A stretch of 64,000 nucleotides of DNA from NCBI RefSeq assembly GCF_006345805.1, contig NC_042998.1, positions 159,588,001 through 159,652,000 on the forward strand, given 5' to 3'. This DNA comes from Octopus sinensis. Its lineage: Eukaryota. Both the position numbers and the translations under genes were made by a program. Position 1 is the stretch's first letter. Every line of letters starts with the position of its first letter. Below are positions 1-13,500 of the stretch, piece by piece. A model generated the notes under the pieces. That model ran no database searches. It was not told where the DNA came from and saw only the letters and a list, made by a program, of their open reading frames with translations.

Positions 1-266
1 TAATAATTGTTTTGCATATTGTCATATAAGTATGTTGGAAAGGAGCATTATTGAGTAATTCAACTCCAGTATTTGGCAAGTAATTACTTTAGGGGCTCTG
101 TTCCTAAAGGGTTGAGATGCAAAGTAGGAACTGGCAAGATTTGGAAGTCAGAGTGGAAAAGGATGAAAGTAAATAATTCAAGGTATTTTAATAATAACCA
201 TTGCTGTTAACATGAATGGTAACACAACACCGTCATTGCAGTCATAATGGTGGGTGGTAGTGGTGG

Positions 267-460
267 TAGTGGTGGTGGTGGTGACTTTTGGTGGCAGCAG
301 CAGCAGCAACAGCAGCAATGACAGCAGCGAAAGCCACAGTAGTGCTGATGATGGTGTTGATAGTGGCAGCTATGGTGGTGGTGGTGAGGGTGGTTGACAT
401 TCTGCTGCTGCTGCTGCTGATGATGATGATGATGACGACAACGATGATGATGATGAGTTA
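267..460. repeat. Compound trinucleotide microsatellite (GGT/GCA/CTG/GAT)
   Basis: Runs of ggt, gca, ctg and gat; the 288..470 ORF is low-complexity poly-A/V/L/M. Confidence 0.9.
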
Positions 461-1027
461 TTGTAAATAAACAATGTAAAGTAAACTATTCCAGTTTTAT
501 ATCATCACTACCTTGATAGCTATGACAATAATGACAGAATGAGCATTAAGCAATCCCGTCTTCATTTTGTGCAGGTTTGTAGTTTATATAAGCATCATCC
601 AACATTAATTTTTGATTTACCCAGTAATACAGCAGTGATTTATTGTCACTAATTGCACTCAATTGCAGGTCAACTCGATGACTTTAAAAGCTGATAATGT
701 ATCTCATATCAAAAGTCCTTAAAAGTTTAAATTTCATTCATAGTGTGGTGGTTATTGTGCAAACTAAAATAAATGAGATGTAGTTTAGTTAACTGGTCTT
801 CTTCACAGTGGATGTTAAATGTATTTTAACAGTTCTCACTCAGGAGTTTTAATTATTTTTTTTTGTTTAATCTTTTCATAACATTTCTAATCAAATACAC
901 TACCTATAGTGCCCGTAGTGGACAATTAATACAATGGAGATAATTATTTTTTAATGATATTTGGTGAGATTAGAAATTGGAATTTGAAATTTAAGGTTAC
1001 AAGGAAAAAGATGCATAGAATACACAT

Positions 1028-1402
1028 TCTTTTACTTATTCCAATTATCTGATTGCGGCCATGCTGGAGCACCACCTTAAAGGGTTTTAGTCAAAGAAAT
1101 CAACATCAGGATTTATTCTTTGTAAGCCTAGTACTTTTTCTATTGGTCACTTTTACCAAACCACTAAGTTACAGGGGATGTAAACACACCAACACCAGTT
1201 CTCAAGTGATGGTAGGAGTACAAACACAGATAGAAGATATATATATGATGAGCTTCTTTCAGTTTCCATCTACCAAATCCACTCACAAGGCTTTGATCAG
1301 TCTGAGGCTATAGTAGAAGACACTAGCCCAAGGTGTATGCAGTGGGACTGAACTTGGAACCATGTGATTGGGAAGCAAGCGTCTTACCATGTGGCCATGC
1401 CT
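1028..1402 (-). mobile_element. tRNA-derived SINE, family A (head + microsatellite + conserved tail)
   Basis: Reverse complement of the head-tail structure seen at 23806..24210 and in more than 10 other copies. Confidence 0.8.
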
Positions 1403-1541
1403 AAACCTACACATTTATCTTTCTATTGTCTCCACTTTTCATTTGGTTTTTCTTCAATTAATCCTATCACCCACTCTCTCTGGTTCTTTCTTCTTTTACT
1501 CTCTCCTTTATGTCCCTCTTGGGCGTACTGTTTTTATTTAA

Positions 1542-1761
1542 CCCTTTTGTTACCAACCCAGCTGAAACCGGCTCTGGCTCTGTATACAAATGTCTTGTTT
1601 TTATAAGTTTTGAATTAAAATCTTCCACCAAACCTTAGTCACAATTTATGTTCCTAACAGTAGCTGAATGATAACTAAGTTATTTTACTAAATTCTTTGT
1701 TATATTTAAAGTAATTGAAAGAAACACAGAGCATCTCAAAATAAATATAGTAACGAAAGGG
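1542..1761. mobile_element. piggyBac-type MITE (220 bp)
   Basis: TTAA at 1538-41 and 1762-65; TIRs CCCTTTTGTTAC / GTAACGAAAGGG match 11/12; no coding sequence. Confidence 0.8.
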
Positions 1762-2660
1762 TTAATCCCCATACCAACAACCCTCATGTAGCTGTTTATC
1801 ACTCTTTCTTTCATTGCCCTCAAGGATGTGATACTATCTTTTGTGCTGATGAATGAATCAATTCAGATACACTAGCATATAAAAAGAACCTTTTAGTCAT
1901 GTTGGGAAGACAACCACATTAGTGCAAGTGCCATGATAAAATGTATCCAGCACACTCTGTAAAGTGGTTGGTGATAACAGGGGCATCCAACCATAGCAAC
2001 TATGCCAAAAATGAAACATAAAAACAAGACATGGTCTTTCATCAAACTTGGAGGACAGTATTTCCAATTACAGCTGATTCATACTATGACAATCTAGTAT
2101 ACACACAAACACCGTCATTGTCATGATAATGACAATGATGAGGAGAAAGATGAGGAAGGAGGAGAGAAAGAGAAAGAAAAGCAGAAGGAGCATAACAACA
2201 ATGAGGATGATGATAACGATATAGGGCCAATTTCTATGTATGAAACCACCTCATTATATTACTGATATTTGTACACTTGCTCTTAGAAGAATAAAAAGTA
2301 AATCCTGCTCCAAAACTCATATTAGATTGTGGATATGTATTTTCAGATCCTACCTACCACTTCTGGAACACACAATCTGTAAATCCTTATTACAATCACT
2401 CACATAATGTGACGGTGGTTAGATGGCAGGATTGGTAGAATGGCAGAAAAAATCTTTTGATATTTAATTACATCCCTTTACATTCTGTATCATCCATATC
2501 AAACATTGGATGTCAATAAAATAAATAGCAGTAGTGTATTTATTAGTAGTGGAGTGAATTAAATTGACTGCTATCTTTCCAAAGAGAATGGCATTGTACT
2601 CATATAAGGAATTTCCCTTGTTTACATATTGTAAAGGCAATATGATTGAATGTCAAATCA

Positions 2661-3117
2661 TCTTTTATCTTATACTTGTTTCATTCATTAGCCTATGGCC
2701 ATGCTGGGGCACCACCTTGAGGAATTTTAGTTGAACTAAATAACCCCAATATAATTTTCTTTTTAAGACTGGTACTTATTTTGTCAATCACTTTTGCCAA
2801 AGCGCTAAGTTACAAGGATCTTAACACACCAACACCAGCTGTCAAGCAATGGTGGGGGGAAAACAAAGACACACACACATAGATACATACATACACACAC
2901 ATACACACACACACATGCACACACACACACACACCACACACACACACACATGTATGTATATGACAGGCTTCTTTCAGTTTCCATCAACCAGATCCACTCA
3001 CAAGGCTTTGGTCAGCCTGGTGCTATAGTAGAAGACACTTGCCCAAGGTGTCATGCAGTGGGACTGAACCTGACACCATGCAGTTGGGAAGCAAATTTCT
3101 TACCACACAGCCATGCT
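2661..3117 (-). mobile_element. SINE family A, full-length, with internal (CA)n
   Basis: Tail, CA/TA microsatellite and head all match the other copies. Confidence 0.85.
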
Positions 3118-5287
3118 TGAATGTATTATTACAAGTACTTGCTATAACTGTGAGAAGAAGGGTGAAAGGCAAAATCAACTTGAGAAGCTGAATGCAAAAT
3201 TTTGAAAGATGAAGAAACCATAAAGTATTCGACTGCTACTGTATTGCTTCCATAAATTTATAAGCTGATAGAAAACTAATATCATTCACACATAATGGAC
3301 TAACGATTGAGCCAAAAAGAAAAAAGAAATAAAAAGAAATTAAGTGTTAACTAAATTTCTTTGTAGATTTTAGTTCCCTTCTCGCACATTCTGAGTTCAA
3401 ACCCCGTCAAAGTTGATTTTGTTTTCGTTCCCTCTGGGAGATGATTAAAATCAATAGAAACAGCATACTGCAGTTATTCAATTGTTTTCATCTCCATTTT
3501 GAATATTTGTCTATAAGAAATCAATATATATTTTTTTTTACAAATAATCTCATAAAAAAAAATGCATTGCATAAAGAAATACAAAGCAGATATCCTCTTT
3601 ATGTAGTTGTTAAACATTCACACAAAAGCCCTGTATTTTCAACAATGTAATGAGGTATTGTGATTTACAGATTTTCTAAAGGCCATTAGTAGTATAAGAG
3701 AAAGAGCTCTTTAACTGGGAATCAAAACTGGCTTAGACAGCTCATTTTGCTAGGAGCTCACCTCTTGCTCTTTAGCATTTGCCACATACAAATTATTAAA
3801 TTCAAATTGTAATTGTTGCGGATTTTAAAGCACAGAATGTCACATAAATCTTTCCATAATTGATTGTAAATTATTGATTTCTTTTGACAAGGTACAAGGT
3901 TAAATTTTCACAGTAAAGAGGGATAGAGGTCTTAAATTGATCTAAATTTATTACCAACTCTTGTCAAAATAGTGAGGAAGCTTCTAAATGGTTACCCAGC
4001 CTACTAGAAATAGCAATTAAATCTCTCTGAAATCACAAAGAAAAAAAAAGGTATTCGGTGAATAAGTAGGAACATCTTTGATCTTACACCTGTGTAACCT
4101 CTGGTGAACAATAACAAATACCTCGTTGTTTTAGCTACTTCACAAGAATAAAACACACAATCAGTCCTAGTCATGATCAACCATTGGAGGAAATGTTAAA
4201 AAGCATTTAGTTAGGTGCTTGACTTTTGCTCTTTTCAGTCAACTCATTGCTTATTTTTGTCTTTTTAATGTAAAGCTATTAAAGGGAACATTTGTTCGGT
4301 TCAGGTTTGTATTTAAAGAGATCAATAAAACAGGAGACCTAGAGGAGAAAGATTAACTATTTTGTGACTATATTTTTAATGAAATACAAAGCCTGTGTGT
4401 TTCAATTAAATTTTTAAATGAGCAAGAATTTGGAGGAGATTCTGGAAAATAATCGACTTTTTACATTTTTATGAATCTTACATGAAATTATAATGAAAGG
4501 CTTTAATTCAAATATGAACATTTTTCATCATTATGTATCTTACACGAAAATATAATGAAAGGTTTTAATTTAAAACGAGCATTTTAAAATGATAGGTTTT
4601 ATGGTATAGAACCAAAGGCAGTATCAGGAAGTATCAGGCTGATTGGCATCAAAAACAGATTATAATATTTTTTTCTTTACTTTTCCTTAAAAGTTTGAGC
4701 TATCTGATCAATCTTCAATCAGTTTTTCTACATAATCTCTGGATATGAAAAGAATGTTTCATAAACCATGTTTGATAAATCTAATTAATCTATCCTGAAA
4801 CATATACAAAATTACTGAAGGTGAAATCAAAATTGAAGAATTGGTAAATATATAATCAGCCATCAATTTATTTATTTTATTTTATTTTATTTTATTTTAT
4901 TCTTTTTGGAAAATATAATTTTTTTTTAATTAACTGTAAGATGAATTATTTTATTAATTAAGTAATATTTGCAATTTACTGTGTTTGAGTATCTAAAACA
5001 ATTAAAAATTCATAATACAAATTAATTAACTTCTCTCTCTTCAACTGGTCTGTATAATACTACAGGGCTGGTAAAAAAATTATCAACCAAATCAGAAGAA
5101 AAAGTGCCAGAGAGAGAGAGAGAGGTGTTTATGTGTGTGTGTGTGGGGGGGTCTCTGTGTGTTTGTGCCCGCATGCATGTATGTGTGTGCATGCATGTGT
5201 GTGCTTGCATGTGTGTGCATGTGTTTATATGTTTGTATGTGTACATGCATGTGTGTGCATGCATGCGTATGTATGTGCATGTGTGAA

Positions 5288-5560
5288 GGTGTTTGGTCTA
5301 GTGGTTAGGGTTTTGTACTCATAATTATGAGATTGTGCTTTCAATTCCCAGACCAAGTGATGTGTCATGTTCTTAAGCAAAAGTACTTCATCTCACATTG
5401 CTCTACAGTCATTTCAACATCTGACATCTCATATGCGGAAAACTGTGCACCTGTACAGACAATGTACTGCACAAACATTTGATCACTACTAAAAAAATCA
5501 TCTGTGCAGGTTGTTCAACAAGAGATTGCGGAACCCTCATCTGTCATCTATGAGAGAAAG
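5288..5560 (+). mobile_element. tRNA-derived SINE, family C (degenerate)
   Basis: Head ggtctagtggttagggt...ttcaattccc and cttaagcaaaagtacttcatctcacattgctct; similar segments at 15443..15705, 31175..31530 and 55318..55640. Confidence 0.55.
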
Positions 5561-5763
5561 GTAAAGTTACCTTTTCAAGTCATATTGGCTCATAAGGGCT
5601 GGTCTTCCGGTGGATTACTCATATTTGCCAGCTGAGTGGAGTGCAGTGGAGCAACATGAAATGAAGTCCGGGAATTGAAACCACAATCTTACAATCATAA
5701 GACCAATACCCTAACCACTAAGCCACGTTCTTTCGCATGACAGGAAGGTCACAATTATACATG

Positions 5764-5795
<32 letters not shown>

Positions 5796-5805
5796 AACAC
5801 ACATA

Positions 5806-5854
<49 letters not shown>

Positions 5855-5974
5855 GTATGTATACATATGTATATATACATATATGTATACATATATATAG
5901 TTTTTGTGTGTAGCGAATTCTCAGGGGCAACAAACACTGAAAATGTGCTGAAAACAACTTCCATCACATACTAT

Positions 5975-6795
5975 GGGGAAAACAAAAACTAGAAGTAGTT
6001 GATAGCTTACGTTACCTAGGGGACCAAGTCAGTAGCAGGGGTGGATATTCTGAGAGTGTAGCTGCTAGAATAAGAATAGCCTAGGCAAAGTTCAGAGAGC
6101 TCCTACCTCTGCTTGTTACAAAGGTCCTCTCGCTCAGAGTAACAGGTAGATTGTATGATGCAGGTGTGTGAACAGCCATGCTACATGGCAGTGAAACATG
6201 GGCTATGGCTGCTGAGGACATGCGTAAACTTGCAAGAAATGAAGCTAGTATGCTCTGCTAGAGTGTAATGTCAATGTGCATACACGACAGAGTGTAAGCA
6301 CCCTGAAAGAAAAGTTGGACATAAGAAGCATCAGATGTGGTGTACAAGAGAGACAACTGTGCTGGTATGGTCATGTGTAGCATATGGATGAGGACAGCTG
6401 AAGAAAAAGTATCATACCATAGCAGTAGAGGAAACTCGTGGAAGAGGTAGACCCAGGAAGACATGGGATGAGGTACTAAAACACAACCTTCAAACATTGG
6501 GCCTCACTGAGGCAATGACAAGTGACTGAGACCTTTGGAGATATGCTGTGCTTGAGAAGACCCAGCAAGCCAAGTGAGACTGTAACCATGGCCTATACTA
6601 GTGCAGCATAACCAGCCCATTTAATCATTGTGCAGCATAACTGTACCCTTCAATCATTGGGCAATAAACTGCACTTGCGAAGACCTGTTGAGTCAAGTGA
6701 AGTCATTTTTGTGGCTGATGACAGTACTGCCTGATTAGCACCTGTGCTGGTGGCATGTAAAAAGCACCATTTAACATCTGCCTTCCATGCTGGCA
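5975..6795 (+). mobile_element. RTE LINE 3' fragment (RT thumb + 3' UTR), degenerate
   Basis: Translates to KLEVVDSLRYLGDQVSS..., ARIRIA*AKFRELLPLL and GRGRPRKTWDEV; homologous to 25.9-26.5 kb. Confidence 0.9.
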
Positions 6796-7244
6796 TATAT
6801 ATTTATATATATATATATATATCCTGTTCTCCTTGCCAAGTAAGTATAACATTGCTATCCTGCCACTCCCCTAGATACCTGTGTTCATCACTCAATGCAT
6901 TCTCCTTCCTCTCCTCACTATCTACTCAACTTTTATGCTCTTGTGAACTCCATGCTCACTCACTTTGTCCAGTCCTCTGTATCACTCCATTTACATTCAC
7001 CTCCCTGTGCCTTGAGAACACACCCTGGCATATCTTCACCACCATCCTCTCCGTCTGTCTGTCTCTCTCTCTCTCCCCCCTCTCTCTCTCTATCTAGCTC
7101 TATCTATCCCCTCTGACTGGGGCAACCATATATCTCTCCTACTGCAAGACACTTGGTTCTGCCCCCTCTATCATTCTTTAGCCTCTTATCACCTGATGCA
7201 AAGCCACTTCTCTCTTAGTTGAGGGGGTCTTTGTCTTGCATATT

Positions 7245-7455
7245 ACTTGATGACCTCACCAGTGCTGGTGTCACATAAAAAGCATCCAGTCCCCTCTGTA
7301 AAGTATGACGGCCAGTCAGGCAGTACTGACATCAACCATGCTTGAATGGTGCCTTTTACATGCCACTGGCATGGGACCAGTCAGGTGGCACTGCCAGCTT
7401 CTATGAAACCATTGAACCCATACCAGCATGGAAAATTGACATTAAATGATGAAGA
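7245..7455 (+). mobile_element. LINE/RTE-type 3' tail fragment
   Basis: agtgctggtgtcacataaaaagc...accagcatggaaaattgacattaaatgatgaagat, matching the other (GAT)n-tailed ends. Confidence 0.6.
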
Positions 7456-7796
7456 TATCCTTATTCATATGTATCTTGAAGTATGGAAGGATGGATGGAT
7501 GGAGAAATAGAGAGAGAGAGAGAGGTAGAGAGAGAGAGAAGGGGAGAGAGAAAGAGAGAGCAACAGACAGTGAAATAGAGGATGAGAGAGATATATGCAC
7601 ACATATTTATTTTTTAAAAAGGTGACAGTGACTCCAATGTTTCACCAGAAACAGGTTTTCTGACAGTTTAAGAGACCTTTTCAAACAACTGTCAATATCT
7701 ATAAAATAAATCTCCAACACAAACGTGTAATGAGTGCTTTCTCAATCAAAGTTTTATTGTTTTTTAATATTTTAATGTTTAAAACTTCTCCATTGC

Positions 7797-7798
<2 letters not shown>

Positions 7799-7852
<54 letters not shown>

Positions 7853-7885
7853 ATCTGTCTGTTTGTCTATCTACCTATCTATCTA
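7799..7885. repeat. (TATC)n microsatellite
   Basis: Visible tetranucleotide run. Confidence 0.95.
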
Positions 7886-8548
7886 TCCCCACTTCTTTAT
7901 CTATAAAAACACATATACATATGTGTGTGTGTGTGTGCATGCAAGTATGTGTGTGTGTACATGTATGAGTATGTTTGAGAGAGTCTGCACTTTTATGTGT
8001 GTGTGTATTTGCACACGGGTGTGCATGTGCATGTGTAAGCAGGCGAAAATTATGGCAAAATCCAACATTCAGGTCTTGTGTTGTTGCTTAGTCCCTAATC
8101 AAGCAAACCAAGTTATCAAAGGTATTTCAGTAATTATCTTGCATCTACTCTTTATTTTCCTTTTTTCTTTTCAGACAATTCAGACAAGTGTATCTAGGAC
8201 TACAGGGGATGATGTGGCAGAATCATAACAGCATCAGATAGAATACTTTGTGATACTTGTTATCACTCTCTGAGCTCTGAATGCAAATCCTCGGGAGGTC
8301 ACCTTTGCCTTTCATCCTTCTCGAATTGATAAAATATTCGTTCACTGAGTTTGATTCTCTCTCCCTTCCACTTTCTCTCTATTTCTTTCCCCCCTCTCTC
8401 TCTCTCCCTCCCCTGTACTTCTTTCTTTCTCTTCATCTCTCTCACTTTCTTTCTCTTTCTTTCTCTTTGAAAATGGCTATTGTACACAATGAGAAAAGTA
8501 GTGATAGACCAGTCACAGTATCCCTTCTTCCAGAAATGAAGATAGATG

Positions 8549-8764
8549 GAGTGATAATATTTATCCCCACTTAAACATGAATGTTCTGTTAGAACAAGCA
8601 ATACTGCGGCAGATACCATGAGAGAAAGTTTCATATTAGCTTTGGTGCAAAATGCCCTTTACAAGAGTGCAGCCAATAAGAGAATCTCTCTCATGGTATC
8701 TGTTAGAACTATAGTTTGTTCCAGCAGAACATTCACATTTAAGTGGAGATAAGTATTACCTCTC
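8549..8764. repeat. Imperfect inverted repeat / foldback (arms ~77 bp, spacer ~61 bp)
   Basis: 8549..8625 is the reverse complement of 8687..8764 (shared tctctcatggtatctg, cagaacattca, tttaagtgg.gataa.tatta). Confidence 0.75.
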
Positions 8765-8814
8765 AGTATTAATACAACCACTGTCGCTAATTACTGCACG
8801 CATTTTTTTTCTCT

Positions 8815-8981
8815 CCTTCTTTCTGTGTTTTTTTTCTCTCTGTGTATCTTTCTGTTGAAGAGCGTCGGCTCGAAACATTAAAGACTTGTTTTATTTATAT
8901 TTCCTGAGCGCCATACTAATACAATTGTTTGTTTGTTTCCCACCTGCCTTCGTCTTTTGTGTATTTTCATAAAGCTTCCCG
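8815..8981 (+). mobile_element. Short (TA)n-flanked element with hammerhead-like motif (probable PLE pseudo-LTR fragment)
   Basis: ctgttgaagagcgtcggctcgaaac at 8852..8876; homologous to 22861..23047; followed by (TA)n. Confidence 0.55.
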
Positions 8982-9014
<33 letters not shown>

Positions 9015-9231
9015 TTGAGTGATGGTGCAACAACCTCTTTTCATAAAAAAAAAAAAACTGATATGTCACTGAACTAAAGATAGCCTGACATGCTGTGCTG
9101 CACATCAGGCCATCCTAGCATTCTAGTAAAATGTTACATTAATTTACCCAATGTATTTTTTACTTTTTTAAAATAGTAGAGTATGATTAGAGAAAGATTT
9201 GGCAGCTAAATTTAGAAAGTTGAGCCATCAT

Positions 9232-9405
9232 AGGCGCAGAAGTAGCTATGTGGTAAGTAGCTTGCTTACCAACCACATGGTTCCAGGTTCAGTTCCACTG
9301 CATGGCACCTTTGGCAAGTGTTTTCTACTATAGCCATGGACTGACCAAAGCCTTGTGAATGGATTTGGCAGACAGAAACTGAAGGAAGTCCATCATATAT
9401 ATAAT

Positions 9406-9441
<36 letters not shown>

Positions 9442-9480
9442 TATATATATATATACATATATATATACATATATATATAT

Positions 9481-9513
<33 letters not shown>

Positions 9514-9518
9514 GTATG

Positions 9519-9552
<34 letters not shown>

Positions 9553-9750
9553 GTATGTATATGTTTGTGTGTCTGTGTTTGTCCCCCACCATCGCTTGAC
9601 AACTGATGTTTGTGTGTTTTTGGCAAAAAGAGACTGATAAAATAATTACTAGGCTTACAAAGGGTAAGTCCTGGGGTCTATTTATTTGACTAAATGTGGT
9701 GCTCCAGCATGGCCACGGTCAAATGACTGAAACAAATAAAAGAAAAAAAA
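9232..9750 (+). mobile_element. SINE family A, full-length, expanded (TA)n
   Basis: Head agtagctatgtggtaagtagcttg...ggttcagttccactg, long TA/CA microsatellite, tail ccagcatggccacggtcaaatgactgaaac. Confidence 0.85.
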
Positions 9751-9860
9751 GAGAAGAATCACACAAAGGGCTCCTGGTTATAAATATCAGAAGCAATATA
9801 TATATATGATTTTGATTTGATTTTTCCAGTTTCAGCTAATGAGCTGTGGCCATGCTGGGG

Positions 9861-9916
<56 letters not shown>

Positions 9917-9920
9917 ATAT

Positions 9921-9959
<39 letters not shown>

Positions 9960-10097
9960 TCATTACCTCACTCAAACTTTTAGAATAGTTCAGTTCTGAT
10001 TCAGACAGACCAGCTTGCTTATAGCCCCATTCCATAAAGAGTTAAATGATGCAAGATCCACCAAAATTGGGTTTATTATTACCCATCAAAAGTGACA

Positions 10098-10310
10098 AGC
10101 TAGCAGAATTGTTAGCATGCCAATACAAACAGCTGAGAGGCATTTCTTTTGGCTTTATGTCCTGAGTTCAAATTCCAATGAGGTCAACCTTGCCTTTCAT
10201 TCTTTCAGGGTTAGTAAAATAAGTACAAGTTGAACACTGGAGTTGATGTAATTAACTAGCCTCCTCCACTAAAATTCCAAAACCAGTGATTAGAGTAGAA
10301 AGAATTATTA
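10098..10310 (+). mobile_element. tRNA-derived SINE, family B (~210 bp)
   Basis: agctagcagaattgttagc...ctgagttcaaattcc...gcctttcattctttcagggt...aataagtac; more than 10 relatives in the window. Confidence 0.75.
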
Positions 10311-10444
10311 CTTTTCTACTGTAAGATGTATCAAGATGAAGTGAAGATTGTAGAGTAGATAGGTTTGCTGGGAATTACACAAGTCTGCATGTTCTCAATG
10401 GAAGTGTCAATCTTTTTGCTTTTACATTACCCAAAGTAATATTG

Positions 10445-10660
10445 ATTTCAAATGTTGGCACAAGGCCAGCAATTTCAGGGAGGTGGTTAGTCAATTACAT
10501 TGACACCAGTGCTCAACTGGTACTTATTTTATCGACCACAAAAGGATGAAAGAAAAAGTCAACCTCGGTGGAACTTGAGCTTAGAATGCAAAGCTAGACA
10601 AAATGCCACTAACCCTTTTGCCTAGTGTGATACTCATTCTGCCAGCTCACCATCTTATAG
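10445..10660 (-). mobile_element. SINE family B
   Basis: Reverse-complement copy of the same family. Confidence 0.75.
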
Positions 10661-10901
10661 CCATAAGTAATATAAACACTAATAGCAATGTGCAGTGGAA
10701 TCAAAAAATAAATATAAAATATTGACAAGTAATATCCTTTGAGGTGACAGTAGTTAACTCTATTTAATTTCAAGAACATTGACAGCCATCAAATTTATCT
10801 GAATAAACTCTCTGCTATCATTAAAATAGGAAACTGCATTAATCTTGTTGTCAAAACCTAGATTCAGGAAACGTATAAAGTCATTTTTCTCTCTCTCTCT
10901 C

Positions 10902-11333
10902 TTTTTTACTCTCTTTTACTTGTTTCAGTCATTTGACTGTGGCCATGCTTGAGCACCGCCTTTAGTCGAGCAAATCAACCCCAGGACTTATTCTTTGTAA
11001 GCCTAGTGCTTATTCTATCGCTCTCTTTTGCCGAACCGCTAAGTTACAGGGAAGTAAACACACCAGCATTGGTTGTCAAGCGATGTTGGGGTGGACAAAC
11101 ACAAACACACACACACACACATACACACACACACACATACACACACACACACATATGTATATATACATATATACAACAGGCTTATTCAGTTTCCATCTAC
11201 CAAATCCACTCACAAGTCTTTGGTCGGCCCGAGGCTATAGTAGAAGATACTTGCCCATGGTGCCACACAGTGGGACTGAACCCAGAACCATGAGGTTCAT
11301 AAGCAAGCTACTTACCACACAGCCACTCCTATG
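10902..11333 (-). mobile_element. SINE family A, full-length
   Basis: Well-preserved tail, (CA)n and head. Confidence 0.9.
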
Positions 11334-12600
11334 TCCTTTCCATCTTTTTTAGACACAGTGAAGTCAGGTGTCCTTTTCTAAGATGGTACTGTATGGTTTT
11401 AAGGAGATATTACTACTAACTCTAGCAAGTCAGTTCACTCTGTAGAGGCTCCCTTACTGAATCAAGTATAGCTGACCAAAATTACTAAACAACAGCAGTA
11501 GCAGAGCAGAGATAACAGCATCAACTAAAAAATGGAAAGTGTTTGTGAAGCAAGTTTATCAGCCTCAAGGTTAATTAATTAAAATTAGTCATGAATATGT
11601 AAGAGTTCTACAGTTCTTAAGATTATAGATACTATACATATATATATATATGCAATTTTTCAAAATGTAATAAGAATTTCAACAGTATATGCTAATTAAA
11701 TATTTATAAAAATCTAAGGAATGTATAAATTACAAACATAATGAATATTAAAAATAAAGAAGCACAATATTTTGTTAATTAATCGTGATTGAACATTTTT
11801 CAGCATTATCTGAAGATATCAGAAGAAAATTAGTATTAGGTAGTTCTATTATTTCAAAACATCAGTTTTGAAGTTGGCAATATAATCACTACATTTGGGT
11901 TTCATTCAAACACAAGTAAATAGAAGGAAAAATAGAAGCAGTGTATACATCAATAAATGTTTGAACATATATGCTTGTGTGAATGCGTGCATTGTGAGAG
12001 AGACACACAAAGAGAAGCAAAGAGTGTGTGTTTTTTAACTGTTGTAATTGTATGTTAAGTATGTTTCAAACATATCTTTTTCATTTATATTTTTAAGAAT
12101 CTTGCTCGAGAAGAAAAGACAGGATATTAACTGAGAAACAATGCTTCTTCATTGAAATCACTGTTATCTGGATACCAACAGCTGTGTGGAGCCCACATGT
12201 AAGTATTGCTATCAATGTACTGTCTAAATACACAGACATACATAAGTGCATAAATATATATGTATGTGTGTGTGTGCGTGCGTGTGTTTATACATACATA
12301 TGAATATATATATATATACACACACACACATGCACATATACATACATACATACATTTACACACACACAAACATCATCACCCCTTGTTACAGCAATCTCAG
12401 GCTACATAATTCATCACTTAAAGAAATTGTAAAATATGATTGCTAATTTCTTGATATAGTTTATCATTTTGCCCTTATGAAGTGTTGGATAAATTTTAAC
12501 CGTTGAAAAATTACATGTTCTCAGTCTAAAGGATGCTTTTCTGTACTCTAGCTAATATCTAAAGTATTGTTAACAAATTGCATAACCATAACCACAGTAT

Positions 12601-12637
<37 letters not shown>

Positions 12638-12649
12638 TACATATATAGT

Positions 12650-12810
12650 CCACTCTGCTGAGTGGTTGGTGTTAGGAAGGGCATCCAGCTGTAAAAATCC
12701 TGCCAAAACAGTCACAGAAGTCTGGTGCAAGATTCTGTCTGGCCTGCTCCTTTTGAACCATGCCACCCATTCCAGCATGGAAGGCAGACGTTACACAATG
12801 ATGACAATAT
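12650..12810 (+). mobile_element. RTE 3' tail fragment
   Basis: gagtggttggtgttaggaagggcatccagctgtaaaa...ccagcatggaaggcagacgttacacaatgatgac, then (TA)n. Confidence 0.7.
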
Positions 12811-13103
12811 ATATATATATATGTAATTTTGGGGATGAATAGGTATATGTCGATTAGCATGTTAAGTAAAACACATTCACAGTTTGGGCTACCTAGTGTC
12901 ATCCATGGTTGGGGTATATTACTGCTGGATCTTTTTCAGGAATTTTGCAGTGTTAGTTGAGATAATGATAATTGATGAAGGAGACAGGAGATAGATTTGG
13001 TACTAGTCTTTATTCAATACTGAATCTAACCTCTATCTCCTTCACCAATTGTTGTTGTTGTTGTTGTTGTTGTTATTATTATTATCATTATTATTATTAT
13101 TAT

Positions 13104-13416
<313 letters not shown>

Positions 13417-13500
13417 AATATTATCATATATAAATATTTATATATATAAAAAAAAATGGAACATCCCAGTCTCCATTTTCTTCTTATATATATATATATA

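Noticed and set aside
4471-4585. Two-copy ~62-bp tandem repeat
   Set aside because: Short, diverged AT-rich duplication with no sign of function.
8299-8634. 111-aa ORF with a signal-peptide-like start (MKLSLMVSAAVLLVL)
   Set aside because: The start lies in one arm of an inverted repeat and the C-terminus runs through a GA microsatellite and a SINE remnant; no recognisable domain.
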